From Cycas panzhihuaensis (Eukaryota; Plantae; Cycadophyta): 64,000 bases of DNA. How positions within the stretch are numbered: position 1 is the first letter of the stretch; each line of letters begins with the position of its first letter. The stretch lies in the NCBI GenBank assembly GCA_023213395.1, contig CM041465.1:136593741-136657740 (forward strand), given 5' to 3'. Of the stretch, positions 39,300 to 53,369 are shown piece after piece. The translations under genes and the position numbers were made by a program. Under the pieces are notes generated by a model. It had not been told where the DNA came from. It made no database searches and was given only the letters and a program-made list of their open reading frames with translations.

Positions 39300-40530
39300 A
39301 ATTATCAAGTGACCTTTACCAGGAATAATATCTTCTATTATGAAGCATCTTGGGGATCATAAGACATTGGATCTAAGACTTCTTCCAAAATATTTGTAGA
39401 AGGATCAAAATCAATTTCAAGTGGATGATTTCCTAATTGTTCCAAAGGTTTTTGTTGTCTCTTTATTGTAGCTAGCTTCCTTATTTTTTAGCATTTTTCT
39501 TTGGTATATTTTAGTATTATTGGTATGGTTGCCTGTGGTTGTTCTATAGGTCTATTAACCTCTTCATCCATAGTAGCCAAATCTTCTCCCAAATCATATT
39601 TTCCTATTCTAATTTCTATCTTTTTCTATCTCTCTATTTCTTTATCTTTTCTCTTTTAATCCTAGACTTGCACCCTAGTCCAAGTCTGTGAGGTTATCTC
39701 TTCTCACAGTTTCTTATCTTTTTATCCTACTTCTTTCCTATTGGGCATGGCTATGTGTTTTTTGCTTACCACTATTATTGAATCTAAGTCTTCACCTGCT
39801 CATGCAGTCTCACCAATAGCATTGAACCATTACCCCATTCTCTATTAAAAATTTTAGTCCATTTCACTAAAATGGACTTTCCTTTATCAACTGATGGAAG
39901 TTTAATACCTAAACATTGAGAAAATACTAATCCTTGAAGTAAAGTTGGGTAGAAAAATATGATAGATAGCTTAGCATTCCTTATGCTTTCTAATTTTTTT
40001 AAGAATCTATTGGAAACAAATTTAGTCCAATTAAACTACTATCCTTTTATAACCGTAACCAACATGGAATGCAAATGGATTGGAATAAAAAGGATTTTTT
40101 ATCCTAATATAACGTAAGTAGGAAGTGTGTAACCCATTACATTTCCTTTAAAGAAATTCCTAAAATTTAGATCCTTGAACTAAAGACATCAAACTCCTTC
40201 ACTTCGATTTGGCATACTACTTATTCCCTAAAAATTTGTTTATCCCTAGGGATATCTAATCCTTTATTTGATAATCTAATTAGTCATGCAATTGCTTTGG
40301 GTGAATAATCAAGTAAGGAGGGTTGTTAAACTATCATTGTAATTATGACCATAAGAAAATTAAAAATAAACATAAGAATGCCTACCCAAATATATTATTT
40401 GAATCTTGCAACTATCAAATTCTTTTTTTGAGGATCCTTAGGTGGTATTTTTTACCATTGCTTGTGAGTTTGCTTATTGTCTGATTCATAGAATCCTACT
40501 GAGTTACTACAATTCATTGGTTACCATTTT
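39300..40530 (-). pseudogene. Decayed extra ORF downstream of integrase
   Basis: Coding-like minus frame (...HLHSMLVTVIKG..FNWTKFVSNRFLKKL...IFFYPTLLQGLVFSQCLG, then a charged tail), in the position of Athila-type 3' extra ORFs. Confidence 0.5.
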
Positions 40531-43500
40531 TTATTCTATATTTTGCTCAATGTGTTACACTTACCTAAGAGTAATATCAACAAGGTCCAAGTTAAAGTTT
40601 TCTTTAGCTAGAGGAATTATTAATACTCAATTGATACCAAGAGTTTTGTAAGATAATAAATTAATAAAATAATTTATTATAGATAGCAATGATGACTCAT
40701 TATGCCTATCATTTCTTATCACATCATGATCATCTTAAAGATAATTGCTAAAATTATAATCACATCATATTAAGTAGTAGTTTGTAACCATTTGATCACA
40801 ACCATTGATCCACTTTGATCATTGCGACCAAGGTCATTACTGATGATCGTAATCTTCCTCAAATTTTATTCCCTTTCATAAGTTATCCTTATGATGATTA
40901 AAGTATTTTTTTGTGCTTATGATTTGCATCTTTTTTTTTTTTTACCTTGTTATATATGGCTTTAACTAACTTTTGTTGATCACCTTCTATAATAGGGTTC
41001 CATTGAGTTGTCTAAGCTAGATCGATCCATTTCTCCCAATGTGATTTACCTTACATGGTCCTAACCATCGTAAATTTTTTTTTAAGGTTTTATTTGGAAT
41101 TGGTTGATGTACATTAGTACCAAATCTCCTTCCTTGAATTACGATGTTTGTAAATGCCAATCATACCATGCTTTTCAACTTTTCTTCTCTACTTTTAATT
41201 CCCATAAAGCTCACACTCTTTACTCATCAAGATTTAACAACTCCATGATCCTTTAGTCTTGAGAATCTTACTCCTGTATTCACAGTTAAACTACTATCCT
41301 CAAGCTTTCAACTTGAACTCTAGTGGAAGTATAGCTTCCAATCCATATGCTAGCTAGAACAAAGTCTATTTATAAGGTTTATTGACCATCGTTCTATATA
41401 CTAAAAAGATAGAATACAAATGTTTTATCCAATATATCCTTTCTTTACTACATTTTTTAGACAAAGCTAACTTTAAGATTTAAGATTTTGTTAGTAGTTT
41501 CTACTTGATTATTAGCCCTGGGATAATAAGGACAGGATTGATAGTGTTAGATCATAAATTCATTAATAAGATATTTTATAGTACTATTAAAAAAGTTACC
41601 ACCTTGATTTGATACTATTTCTAAGGGGCAACCAAAATGAATAATAATTATTTGACATAAAAATCTAGTTGTACTCTTAGCATCATAAGTTCTCATTAGT
41701 TATGTTTTTATTCATTTGGTTAGAAAATTTATGGTAATTCACTTAGTTAAGGGACTAATAGGTCCTATAAAATTTAGTCCCTATTTTTTAAATGGAGCCT
41801 GAGCTAAGATTAGATGTAAGGGCATTAAGTGGCATTTTCATGGCTTACCCACGTGTTAGCAGATGCCATAGCTTTGAACCTATTTCTTGGTGTCCTTGAA
41901 TAGCATTGGCCACCAAAATCCTGCAAGCAGAATCTTCTGTGTTATTGTTTTAATGCTTTGATATTTTATTGCCACCCCTTCATAGGCTTCTTATATTACT
42001 GCCTCCACCTCATACTCTAATATGCATCTTCATAATACTCTATCTAGTCTAAGTTTATATAACATTCCCTATACCAATTGGAATGGGAATGATTTTTGAA
42101 TGAAACTTTATCTTTCTACTCATTCTAGCCCCATTGGTGTACAACTTATAGCAAGATATTTTATGATGCCCTCATACCATCTTAGTACTACTTCGATAAA
42201 AAATAGTTCAGTATTTAGAAAATCATCGTATATTCCCTTAGAAGGTTCCCCATTTTTTTTTTTTAATAATAAGTCAAGCATAATATGTTTCTCTCCTTTC
42301 TTTACATTTTAAAGTTAAATTCTTGGAATAACATTAACCATCTGTTAATCCTTCCATGTAAAATTAGTTTATTTATCAAATATTAAAGAGCCTAATGATC
42401 TACAAAGAAAATAAATAGATTATCCAATAGATAATGTCTAAATTTTTGTATAACATAAACCATGCCTATGCCTTCTCACTTTATCACTGAGTAATTCTCC
42501 TCTGCCTCAATTAATTTCTAACTAGCAAAATAAATAGAGAGATCTATATTGTCATCTCCTAGTTAGGACAATACATACTCAATAGTGAGCAATGAGACAT
42601 CAACATGTACATGAAAAGGTATATCCTAATTTGGGAATCTCAAAATAGGTGCTTGTATAATTTTTTAATTTAGTAGATCAAATGCAAGCTGCTATCGCAA
42701 CTTCCACTACCACATAGTTTTCTTTTTTAACAAAATTTCTAAGGAATTAGCTATCTAGGTACATTCCTTAATAAATTTTCTATAATACCTTGTCATGCCT
42801 AGAAAGCCTTTTACCTACTTTGTTATTTTTAGTATAAGAAAATTTAAAATGACTGCAACCTTATTTGGATCCATTTATAACCCATCCTTCATCATCACAT
42901 GTCCTAATAAGGATCCAAATAAAACTATAAATGTATATTTAACTGGGTTTAAACACAATTTGCTCCTTCTACATGTTTCTAGAATTAATTACAAATTTTC
43001 AAGATGGTTTTTGAGCAAAGTATAAACTATCTAATCATCTAAAAATACTTTAGTTATCTTTCTAATAGTCTATCAAAGGATGTTTAAGATTACTCTCTGA
43101 AAAGTAGTTAGTGCATTAGTCAAGCCAAAGGGCAAGACTCTATATGCACAAGTTCCCCATTCAATGACAAAAGTTATATTTAATTGATCTTTTGAGGGAA
43201 TCCTAACTTAATTATATCCACTAAATCCATCCATGAAATAATATACTTCATGTCCTACTTTCTTGAAGATATCTTTGGTAAATGAAATGGAAAAAGGATT
43301 TTTCTTCCTTGCCTTATTAAAGGCTCTATAATCTACATAGACTCTGAGCTTCCTATTTTTCTTCAAGACCACCACTACTAGACTTATCCATTAACTATTT
43401 TCAACTTCAAAAATATAACCAATATCTAATAATTTGTCCAATTTAACTTTTACCTTTTCTTTATATTTGGGATTCATTATGTGGAGATGTTATCAAATAA

Positions 43501-46500
43501 GTTTTGCCTGTTTACTAGTTCTATCTGATGTTCTTTCAATTCTGGTGGTATACCTTTCAGATCCTTATAAGTCTAAGCAAAGACATCTTTATATTCCAAA
43601 AATAGTATTATGTCCTGCTACACAGTCTCTGCATCCTATTAATCCCCTATGGAGATCATTTAAGGTTGCTCTTCTATTTCAACATTAATCTACTTGATCT
43701 TTAATTATTCACTCTGAACTGTTTTATCAACTTAGCCCAATGCATATGTTGAACTTTGATCAATCATTTGTTCTCTATACTCCATGATAGAGTAATCTAG
43801 AGGAAATTTGTATATGTTTTCTTTAATATTAACTAAATCTTTTCCAAATTTTGATTCCATAACTTCCATCTAAAAGCAACTTTTATTAGCCTTTATTATT
43901 TTCGTTTTAAGGCTGGTTAAAATCTTTTGAATCCTCTTATCTTTACTATGGTATATGAAGGTTCTATAAAAAATTTTAAACAGCAAATCCTAATCTACTA
44001 ATTTCTTTTATTTATAATGGTGATACCATACTAACAAAATTCTCTTGAAGGTTTGAGCCTACCTTTGTACCCATTCAATTTTTGGAGTCTGGTTTACAAC
44101 CCAATTATGTACATATTTTTCTATGTGATTTTTAGGATCCTCACCATTCTAAAACATTCACAATTTTATTCTTTGTTTTTGAAATCTAATTAAATGTTTT
44201 TTACTCAATTCATTCCAAGATTTAAAATTATCAGCATGAGCAACATACCACGAAAAGGCTTGTCCTGTTAGGGACAATGGAAACAAGGAATAGAAAATTT
44301 CTTCTTGGCTTTTATTTTTTAAAATTTAAATACAATATTCTAGATATTTTTCTACTTGGGCCAACTAACCCTTGAGTTTTAGAAAATTTTTAGATATTTT
44401 ATTAAAAGTCTCTAAGTTACCTTTGGAATCTTGCAGGTCTTGCTGTACTTCTGCCCTATCCTAGAGAATTTGAGGTGGTTCCTCTATTAAATTTTCTTCC
44501 ATTTATTCATCTTCTAAAGAATCAACACATAATTCTAGCTTATAATGAGAAACTAATCTATCTTCATCCGATGTATTTTGGAGCCAGTTCATCATATAGG
44601 AAGATGATGCACTGGTTGATAATATTAATTGCAACTGATATACTATTTCTAAGTAGGGACTTATTGTAGGTTCTATCTTAATCGTTGTGGATGAAACTCT
44701 TTTTTCTTCTAAAATATTCTTGATCTGAGGTCCATCAAAGCATAACAATGGAGTTATAACTTTATTACCCTGTAAGAGTGTAAAAGTAAAGTTCTCCTAG
44801 TCTTAAATAGCCTTGGTTGCCAAAGGCCATGGTCTTCCTAGCAATGTAGGGTAGGATTTCCTTAACTTTACATTCAAACTATTGTGAAATCCATCAAAAT
44901 TATGATTCCAACTATAGTTATTAGAATATTCATTAATATCCCTATTAGTCTAACCTAAAGTTGGTTAGATAATCTAATTAAACAATCTAGGGCAACCACT
45001 TCTAGCCTTCTTAGGTATACCCAAGAAGATTCGAGTAATACATTAACTCTTAATACTCCATCCACGATTGTTTTATAAAAAGTCATTCCTAAGATAACCA
45101 TCAAAACTCTAGGATCTATCCCATTATCTTTAATTACCCTTATTACTGGCTTCTCAATATGATCTAGAATTATTTACTAGAAATAACTAGCCTCCCACCA
45201 CATAAAAACTATAAAAATAAGAGAAGGCTAGTCCTATTTAAAAAGATAGATACATTGTTATCTAGGAGTATGTTATTTTTATTTAAATTTTAAATTTTAA
45301 AGTGAGCTCCCATACTTATACATAATTATGCATTAGGTACAATATGACTTTGTCTCTATTATGGTATTAATCCTTGTATAAAATATTTCATCATCAACAT
45401 AGGATTAATTGTTATTAATGGTTGTATCTTGTTCATTATCACTCTCTTTTTCCCATTAAAATCATTCATAAATTCTCTAGGATATTATTTTATCTCTTCT
45501 AAGACTTGAAATATCACCATTAGATCTCTTAACTTTTGGAAGTGATCCAAAAATTGGTCCTACAATTAGTCCTAAGATAAATTTTTTGCTACTATATATT
45601 GGAACCAAACAATTGTTGCTTCTCATAATGTGAAAAAATATGGGCTTTAATATTGTCAGGATTCATAATTCTTTTAATCTATAACATGTTTTTAAATAAT
45701 ATGAAATGGTCTTCTTGATCTATAGATCCATCTAATTATAGACTTGAAAAGGTAGAATCATTCTACATAATAATGTAAGGCCTTATGGGTCTTATTTTAC
45801 TTCCTTGGCCCATTCCACCTAGTAGTGGTTGACTACCACTTCCACCTATATTAATGAATAATGACTGATTTGACGATGAATTCCCTCCTCCACCACCTAG
45901 ATTCCCTCTTGGTGATGAATTGCCACCATCTCTATTTATACTCCTAACTGGACTTACCATTGCTGATTTGAATAGAGAATTTAATATATGGATCAAGGGA
46001 GTTCTAACTTTGAGCCAATGGTACCCTAAATTCATTATACTATATAATTCCAATTCAATTAAATTTCCTTTATTCACTTATGATGTTTCTTCTATAGGTT
46101 TCTCTTTGGTTGTGATATATTGTAATTTTGTACTTTCTACCAAATATTCCTCAACTATCTCTTTTTATGATGTTTTTTCTTCAATAAGATCCTCTTCTAA
46201 TGCATACCTCTAGTCACATTCAATCTGTATCATATGTTCTTTGATAGGTTCTCCACTTGTCTCAACATTCATCTTATCTTTCTTTAATTTACCTTCTATA
46301 CTTAACTTTTTCCTCTCTATCAAGTTAAAATATGGTCACCTCTTTACTTACTTTCTAAACATGAGTACAAATCTAGGCTTATATACTCTTGCTTGGAGTT
46401 TATCTTTCTCCCAATGCTCTTTGTGTTCATGGTGTGATTCTACTTCGACCTTGTGTGACATGAAAGAGGTCCTAATTTCTTACTTAGCCCTACCCATTCT

Positions 46501-46550
46501 ATCTTTTTTATTTATGCTTTGCCTCGAATTCAAGTAAGTAATGGAATCAA

Positions 46551-47243
46551 TATATGCCTTACTTTACCTATACTCAAAGATCATAACAGTAACTAGACAA
46601 AATAAGCACAAGTAATACTAGAATTAATGTAAAACCTGATATCATTAGAAATAAGGAACTACATCTAGTCCTCTCACAACTAAACACAAACTTGAATAAT
46701 ACACAAGAATTATAGTCATGGCACCATGCCTACTATAGCAAGAAGAATTAAGCACATACACACTCACTCATATTCTATTTCCTAAATCGGTTCCTTTTTT
46801 ATATAATAGAAAATGAGTAGTATAATGACTATTCATTATATATGGAATAGTATGATAGTTTTATATAAAATAACTTTAATTATGGATAAAATAGTTAGTT
46901 CTGTTAACTTGTGTCGAATTGTGAACTGGTTGTGATTGCAGCATCAATTATGAATTCGTCGTAATTATTGCTCTAACTGTGACCTGGTCAAAATTGTTAT
47001 TCCAACTATGACATGGTCATAACTACTACTCTAATTATGACCTAGTTGTGACTGTGATCTCAATCATGACCTAATCATAATTGTTATTTCAATTATGACC
47101 TAATAGTAACTGCAATATGGTCACAACTGTAACATTAATTACAACTCAGTTATTGGCTATAGTAACAACTATAACCCGGTTACAATCATAATTACGACTC
47201 AATCAAACCCAAAAATATATATGTACAACTTTACTCGTACACA
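46551..47243 (-). repeat. 5' LTR (693 bp)
   Basis: Diverged direct repeat of 38067-38687 with a longer tandem array. Confidence 0.9.
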
Positions 47244-49676
47244 GAGCTATAACAAAAGTTTCTATCAAGGAGGCCATGTGGCTAATACCCAAGCTAATAC
47301 CCCAAACCTATTCTATGTTGCTCTTTCTTCTAATTATTCAAACCACTCTTAATTGATAGATTCTAGTGCTACTTATCATATGGCAGGCACTGAAGAACTT
47401 TTAAAATACATTACACCCAATCAGGCATAGACAATAATGTTTGGTGATGATATTGCATATGATGTGGCTAATATTAGGAGACCTCCTATAACCTTGAGTG
47501 ATTCAAACATAGGTCACTATATCAACAATGCCATATATAAACTTGGTATGAAATAAAACCTTCTTTCTATCATCCAAATTGATAAGTAAAATGTGAATGT
47601 ACTCTTCAACTGGGGAACTTAGACTATTTTAAATCATATAACTAGACAAGTAGTGACTATAGGATATGATGGCAATAATCTATATAAGCTTGATGGTATT
47701 CCACTTTTCTTTGCATACAATTAGAATCTAAGTGCCACTGTGCATCTTACTCTAATAGATAAATGAAAGTAAATTATTATAGAAGACCCACCTATTGCAT
47801 ACAATCTGAATCTTCTCACATGCAAGTTGAATCTTCACATACTAAAGAGAAACCTACTCAAAAGTGTACTAAGAATCAATTATAGAATCAATGCCTTAGT
47901 CATCTAAATATATAGAGTCTCAACCTCATATTTAGACTTTAGATGGTACATGGGCTGCCCAAGATCAAACAACATAAAAGTTTCTATGAAGCTTGTATTA
48001 TTAAAAAATAACATAGAGGATCATTTAATTCAAAGAAAGTTTGGTGATCAATTAAATCATTAGGCTTAGTTTACTTAGATATTTGTAGACCTATGTCTAA
48101 GCCTTCTCTAAATGGTAGTTTATATTTCATCACATTCATTGATGATTATTCTTAGAAAGTTTGGGTTTACTTTCTAAAGAACAAATTTGAAGCCTTTGAG
48201 AAATTCAAGGAATTTAAAGTCGAAGCTAAAAATGAAACTAACACTATAATTAAGATGCTTTATACTGATAATAGAGGTGAATACACATCAAATCAATTCA
48301 CTAATTTTTGTAAAGAACATGGTATCAAATATCAGTTCTCTACTCCTGGTACTCCTTAATAGAATGGTGTTGCTTAGTGAATGAATCAAACATTAATGAA
48401 TAAGGCAAAAGTAATGGTTAATGTTGTAAACCTTGCTAACTTATTTTGGGTTAAATCTATTGTTATAATAGCTTACCTCATAAATAAGAGCTTAACTTTA
48501 GCTGTCAAAAATATAACATTCGAGAAGGCTTGGTTATAAAAGAAGCCTATAGTCTCATACCTTAGAACTTTTGAATATATAACTTACATGCACATTACAA
48601 AAGAAAAGTGAAGGAAACTTGATAAGCAAAGCTTGAAGTGCATCCTCATAGGCTATGTACCTGGTTACAAATCTTATAAGGTATATGATCCTATTGGACA
48701 ATAGACATATTCATCAAGGGATGTTATCTTTGCAGAAGATAATCAAGACTTGGATCCCTCTCAGATATAGTTTTCGATAGATGATGATAATGGTACTTTA
48801 GAAGTTTCTCTTACACTAATTATGAATCCTTGTGCTCCTTTTGTATATTCTAAGTTTATCATTTACTCCTCCAAAATCTCCATTTGCTTCTACATCAATA
48901 TCTACATTATCACCATTGTCTCTAAAAGATGTACGAGTCAAAGTCACTAAGCAACTTCCTAAGTGGTACTTTAAAGTTATGGTAGATGTACCTTCAGCTC
49001 CTATAGTTCTAAAAAGGTAATATAAATATAGGTATACTTCTAACTATGCTCTAATGGCATAAGTTCTTACTACTCTTGAGTCTTTCACCTTTGAGGAGGT
49101 AGTCAAAGATCAAATATAGTAAGTTGTTATGGATGAAGAAATGAATTCCATCCTAAAAATTAATACTTAAGAGTTTATTAAATTGCCTTTAGGAAAATAG
49201 CTAATTGATTATCATTAACTTTATAAAATAAAGTATCATATAGAAAATTTCATTTAAAGATATAAAGCATGTCTTATTGCAAAAGATTTTTAACAATAAG
49301 AAGGTCTTGACTATGATGAGACCTTTGCACTTATTCCTAACATGACAATTATTTATTTGGTTTTGTCACTAATAGCTCAATTTAAATGGCATATTTATCA
49401 TATGGATATCAATAGTGTTTTTCTTAATGGAGACCTCTCTGAAGAAGTTTACTTGAGATAACCTTCCAGTTATATTATTCCATGGATTCAAGTAAATACC
49501 TCATTCCTGGTATACAAAGATTGATGCTCATTTTCTCAAGCATGGATTAAACCGTTCATCCTCTAATCTCATTTTATATATTAAGATCCACAATAATATG
49601 ATTACCATTGTATTCTCTATGTTGATGATTTGTCAATCACTAAAAATGATAATGAAGGGATTTCTTATCTCCAATA

Positions 49677-49989
49677 TGAAAGAGGTTAATGTATCAAGGT
49701 CATTTGTGTAAATTAATTAAGTGACCTTAGGGTACATTGTTAGCATTAGTCTCTTAATAAAATGTGCTTTATATGTATTTAGTTTTAATTTTGTGTTCAT
49801 ATCATTAGGCGAGAAAATCCTAACCTTAATGCTCACCCTCAATAATAAAAGACGAAATTTCAAGGAGGGGGTCATTATTCATCCTCACCTCCAAGCTTTT
49901 CTCTCATATCTTGTTTTCATATCTTTTTCATTCTCCATTACTATTATGTACATGTGAGTGATTTATTCCCTAGATCCATCCTTCCTTCA
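49677..49989 (+). repeat. Copia-C 5' LTR (313 bp)
   Basis: TG...CA; direct repeat of 63290-63602. Confidence 0.93.
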
Positions 49990-52900
49990 TGTGGTATTAG
50001 AGCTAGAAGATGATCTATTCACTCCATTCTACTTGCATGGAGTCATTTTGCCTCTTCTTCACTTAAAATATGAAGTATTGACTGTCTACTTATTATTTTC
50101 AAAAATTTAAGAGTTTTTTTATCATACAAAGCTCGTATTTTATTTATAACATATTTTAATATCCTCTATTTATTTGCAGGTGCATTGAAGATTAAAGTTA
50201 TTAACCAGAAGAAGGTTTCCTAGTTTTAGGCTCTTAGAAAAAAATTTAGTTTTTTATCAATATTTACAGCTAATTTTAAATTTTATTAAGGGAGACTCTA
50301 TTGATTTTTTATCATAAATCAATTATCAATTATAAAATCTATATTATAAAGTTGTAGGAAAAAATTTTAACTGCTTGCAGGTGGCAGAAATAAACCTAAA
50401 CCATTCAAAAAAATATTGTTTAGCCCTATGAGAGGTAAAAATTAAAAGTTATCCATTTTGGCTAAAAATTTGTAAGGAGAGATGCCTAAGCAATATAAAT
50501 ATTTTTATCTTCTACACTATCTCCAAATTCCACCTCAATCAGTCTTAAAAAGTAGAAGTTCAGCTAGTCTTAATTTAACTGCTTTTTTGAGAAATTTTCT
50601 TAAAATTTTTAATACATATCAAAATTTCTTAAGGTATTTAGTATATCTAGCGTCAAGGAATCTAACAAATCAAGTTTTATTAGATTTGATGCACTAGAGA
50701 GAGAGATTTTTTTAAATTTTAGATTTCTACCAAGGAAAGTCTCATAGGAGTTTCAACAAGTTTTAGACTGTTTATATTCATTTTCAGAAGTTTCGCCACA
50801 AGACTTCTTAACTCACCATAGCAAGATCTATCATCTAGAAGAGTGAAGTTTTGACCTAAAATGTTTTGATCATTTCGTATAGTTGTATGGCCATATAGAA
50901 GTTTTTAACAGAAGATTTAGATTCCTCTCGCTTTTCCTAATACTTTCTCTCTTGGTCAAAATTTAAGTTTAAAAGTAAAATTTTAAGTTTTTTTTCTTTT
51001 TCCTTTTTTAATTTAAAAAAATAATTTTTTAAATAGTAAAAGTTTAAAAAATAATAATAAACTTATTATAATAATAAAACACCTAAATCATAGCAAAATC
51101 TAGTGTTTATATTTAACATCTTTATATATCTATTCATATACATATATAGTAATAGATAAAAGCATAAAAGTAAGTATTAACATATTAGTAATTTATTTCA
51201 GTAACATAAACACAAATATATTTGTATATTCCCTAAAATGAACCCATTACGCTCGATTTATACCATTAATTCTTGACTTTTGTGCACACTTACCTTGGTT
51301 GAAATAAATCATGGGCGGCCGAAGTCTTGATACTGAGGGAGGTGTGAGTTTTTGGTCTTAATCAGAATACTGGTAGAGTGATAAGTTAGCCATACCTACG
51401 AGCTTCCTTTAGGGATTATCCTGATAACTAGCCAGGACAACTAAAACCTTAATATACGATTAAAATCAACCCAGTCCAATATCTGTCATAACCGTGGGAT
51501 ACGTACTACCATTTGACTCTTCGGATGAGGTATATAGTTACTCATTGATGAACTAGGTAAGGACTAGAAGTACTTAGGCTCCACTGTGACTTGGATTTCA
51601 TCATCAAGAATAGGTGTGGGTATCGCGGGTGAAGGCCCTAATCGTATACTAAAAGCCTTAGGCATCAAAACCTCACCTACATTTAGATATAAGTTAAAGG
51701 TTAGTAGAATGACACATCACCACTCTTTACCAGCTCTACATTAGGCCTCATTCTTGTATCATTGCTTATACTAATTCTTCATAGTTATTGAAAAATACTT
51801 AATCATTACTTGCATCTTCATCATAGCATTCATTTCTACATCTCTACTGTGCTAGGTGTACTAGCCACACGTGTTAGTGGCACATACTTCTATCATCTCT
51901 TCTACTTCTTTATCATCACTATGTCATCTCAATTCAAGCAAAATGTCAACTACATATTAAAAGGAAAAGAAAATTTAGATTTATAGTACACTAAAGTTAA
52001 AAATATTACAAAGCATGAAGGCCTTTAGAGAGCCTACTTGCAGCCTACATCCATCATACTTGTAATAGCTACAACACCTACTTCTAGTAGAATCACTCTA
52101 ACAACTCCTAAAGATGCTACAGCTAAACTACAATGGGAGATAGATGATGAAAAGATTCATACGGGAATTATGTTGATTATTTATCACTCCTTGTACAACT
52201 TGATTAATGAAGAGCAACATAATACAGCTTAGAAGGTCCTTGAAGTTCTCAAGAAGAACTTTGATACCATGTCGGACTTAGAATTTGTTCATCTTATTCT
52301 AAAAATAAACAAATTAAAAATATAGAAGGCATAAGCTCATGAGATAATAAATCTCCTTTGACCAATAAAATAGGTAATTAACAAAGATTTTAAGACCCAA
52401 TACATCACTTGAGCATTTTTTATACAGTCATATCTATATGTCCCTGATTATAAAAACTTACTTAAAAGTCTTCAATCTAGTGGAATATTAAAGACACTCA
52501 ACTTTGAAGTACTTACCAAGAAGTTCATAAAAGTTGACAAAACCTTTGATACCAACTTTGTAACCTCTGACTCTCTTCTAGATGAATCCTTTGAGGTGGA
52601 AGAAGAAACTTGCTACATAAAAACTCAAGGTCTCTCTCATGGCAGAGGAAATAACTAAGCAAGAGGAAGAGGAATAAATATAGAGAATCATCCATAAGGT
52701 TAACTAAACCCTCAGTCATAGCCTTGACAGTCTCAAGGCCAAGGGCCACCTTAATAAAAACCAAGACATTCAAGCTAAGCTAATACCTCTTCAGGGAAAA
52801 TGAATCAACTAATGAGCCTTTTTGGGAGCGATTTTCTGCGGACGAGCGAACCTGTGCGAAGACTGTTACAACCCTTAGGGTTTCGGAGTGGCGGCGGCGG

Positions 52901-53369
52901 GTGGTCCAGGGCGTTTCGAGGCGCAATGGCATCCTCTGGAAGGTCAGGTAGGGGGAGCTAGGGCCCGGCGCATGTGCCATGCTACCTACACAGAAGTTTT
53001 GGGATAAGTGGTGACCCTGTTAAGGGACGACCGGAGCGGCAGTCCTTGGCGTAAAAGCCTGAGCTCTTTTTGGCCTCTGTGCTGGCTCGATTCATTCTGA
53101 ATGCTTGTGATCTTTTTGGAGACAGAAGGAAGTCGACCTGGGTTTGGAGTTGTTTGCAGCCTGAAGATAGTTCTATTCACGGGGAAGGCCGAGCGGTTAT
53201 GGTGCCAGGAGTTATGTAAGGAAGGCGGCGCTTCAGTGGAGCTCCCAGCCATCAGAGTCTTGTGTGGCTCAGAGGTATGGAACGTAGAGGTTGTCATTGA
53301 GCATTTTTCAGCTATGGTATGCATACGCTCTGTCGGTTGGATTTTTGATGCTTCTTTTGAATTGAAACC

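Larger units (their letters stand above)
38067..47243 (-). mobile_element. Full-length decayed non-chromovirus Gypsy (Athila-like, no aRH)
   Basis: LTRs 38067-38687 (TGTGTGC...GCACACA) and 46551-47243; PPT GGGAGAGA; flanks GGACT/GAGCT (imperfect TSD). Gag about 45740-45300, PR about 45150-44780, RT about 43600-42700, RH about 42650-42300, INT about 42200-41000. Confidence 0.88.

Noticed and set aside
49721-49957. Duplicated hydrophobic 78-aa ORFs (also 63334-63570)
   Set aside because: Both lie within the two Copia-C LTRs and start at GTG; the duplication reflects the LTR, not a gene.
51545-51580. Hammerhead-ribozyme-like TGATGA-CTAG...CTAG
   Set aside because: Lacks the CUGANGA and GAAA core and the supporting stems.
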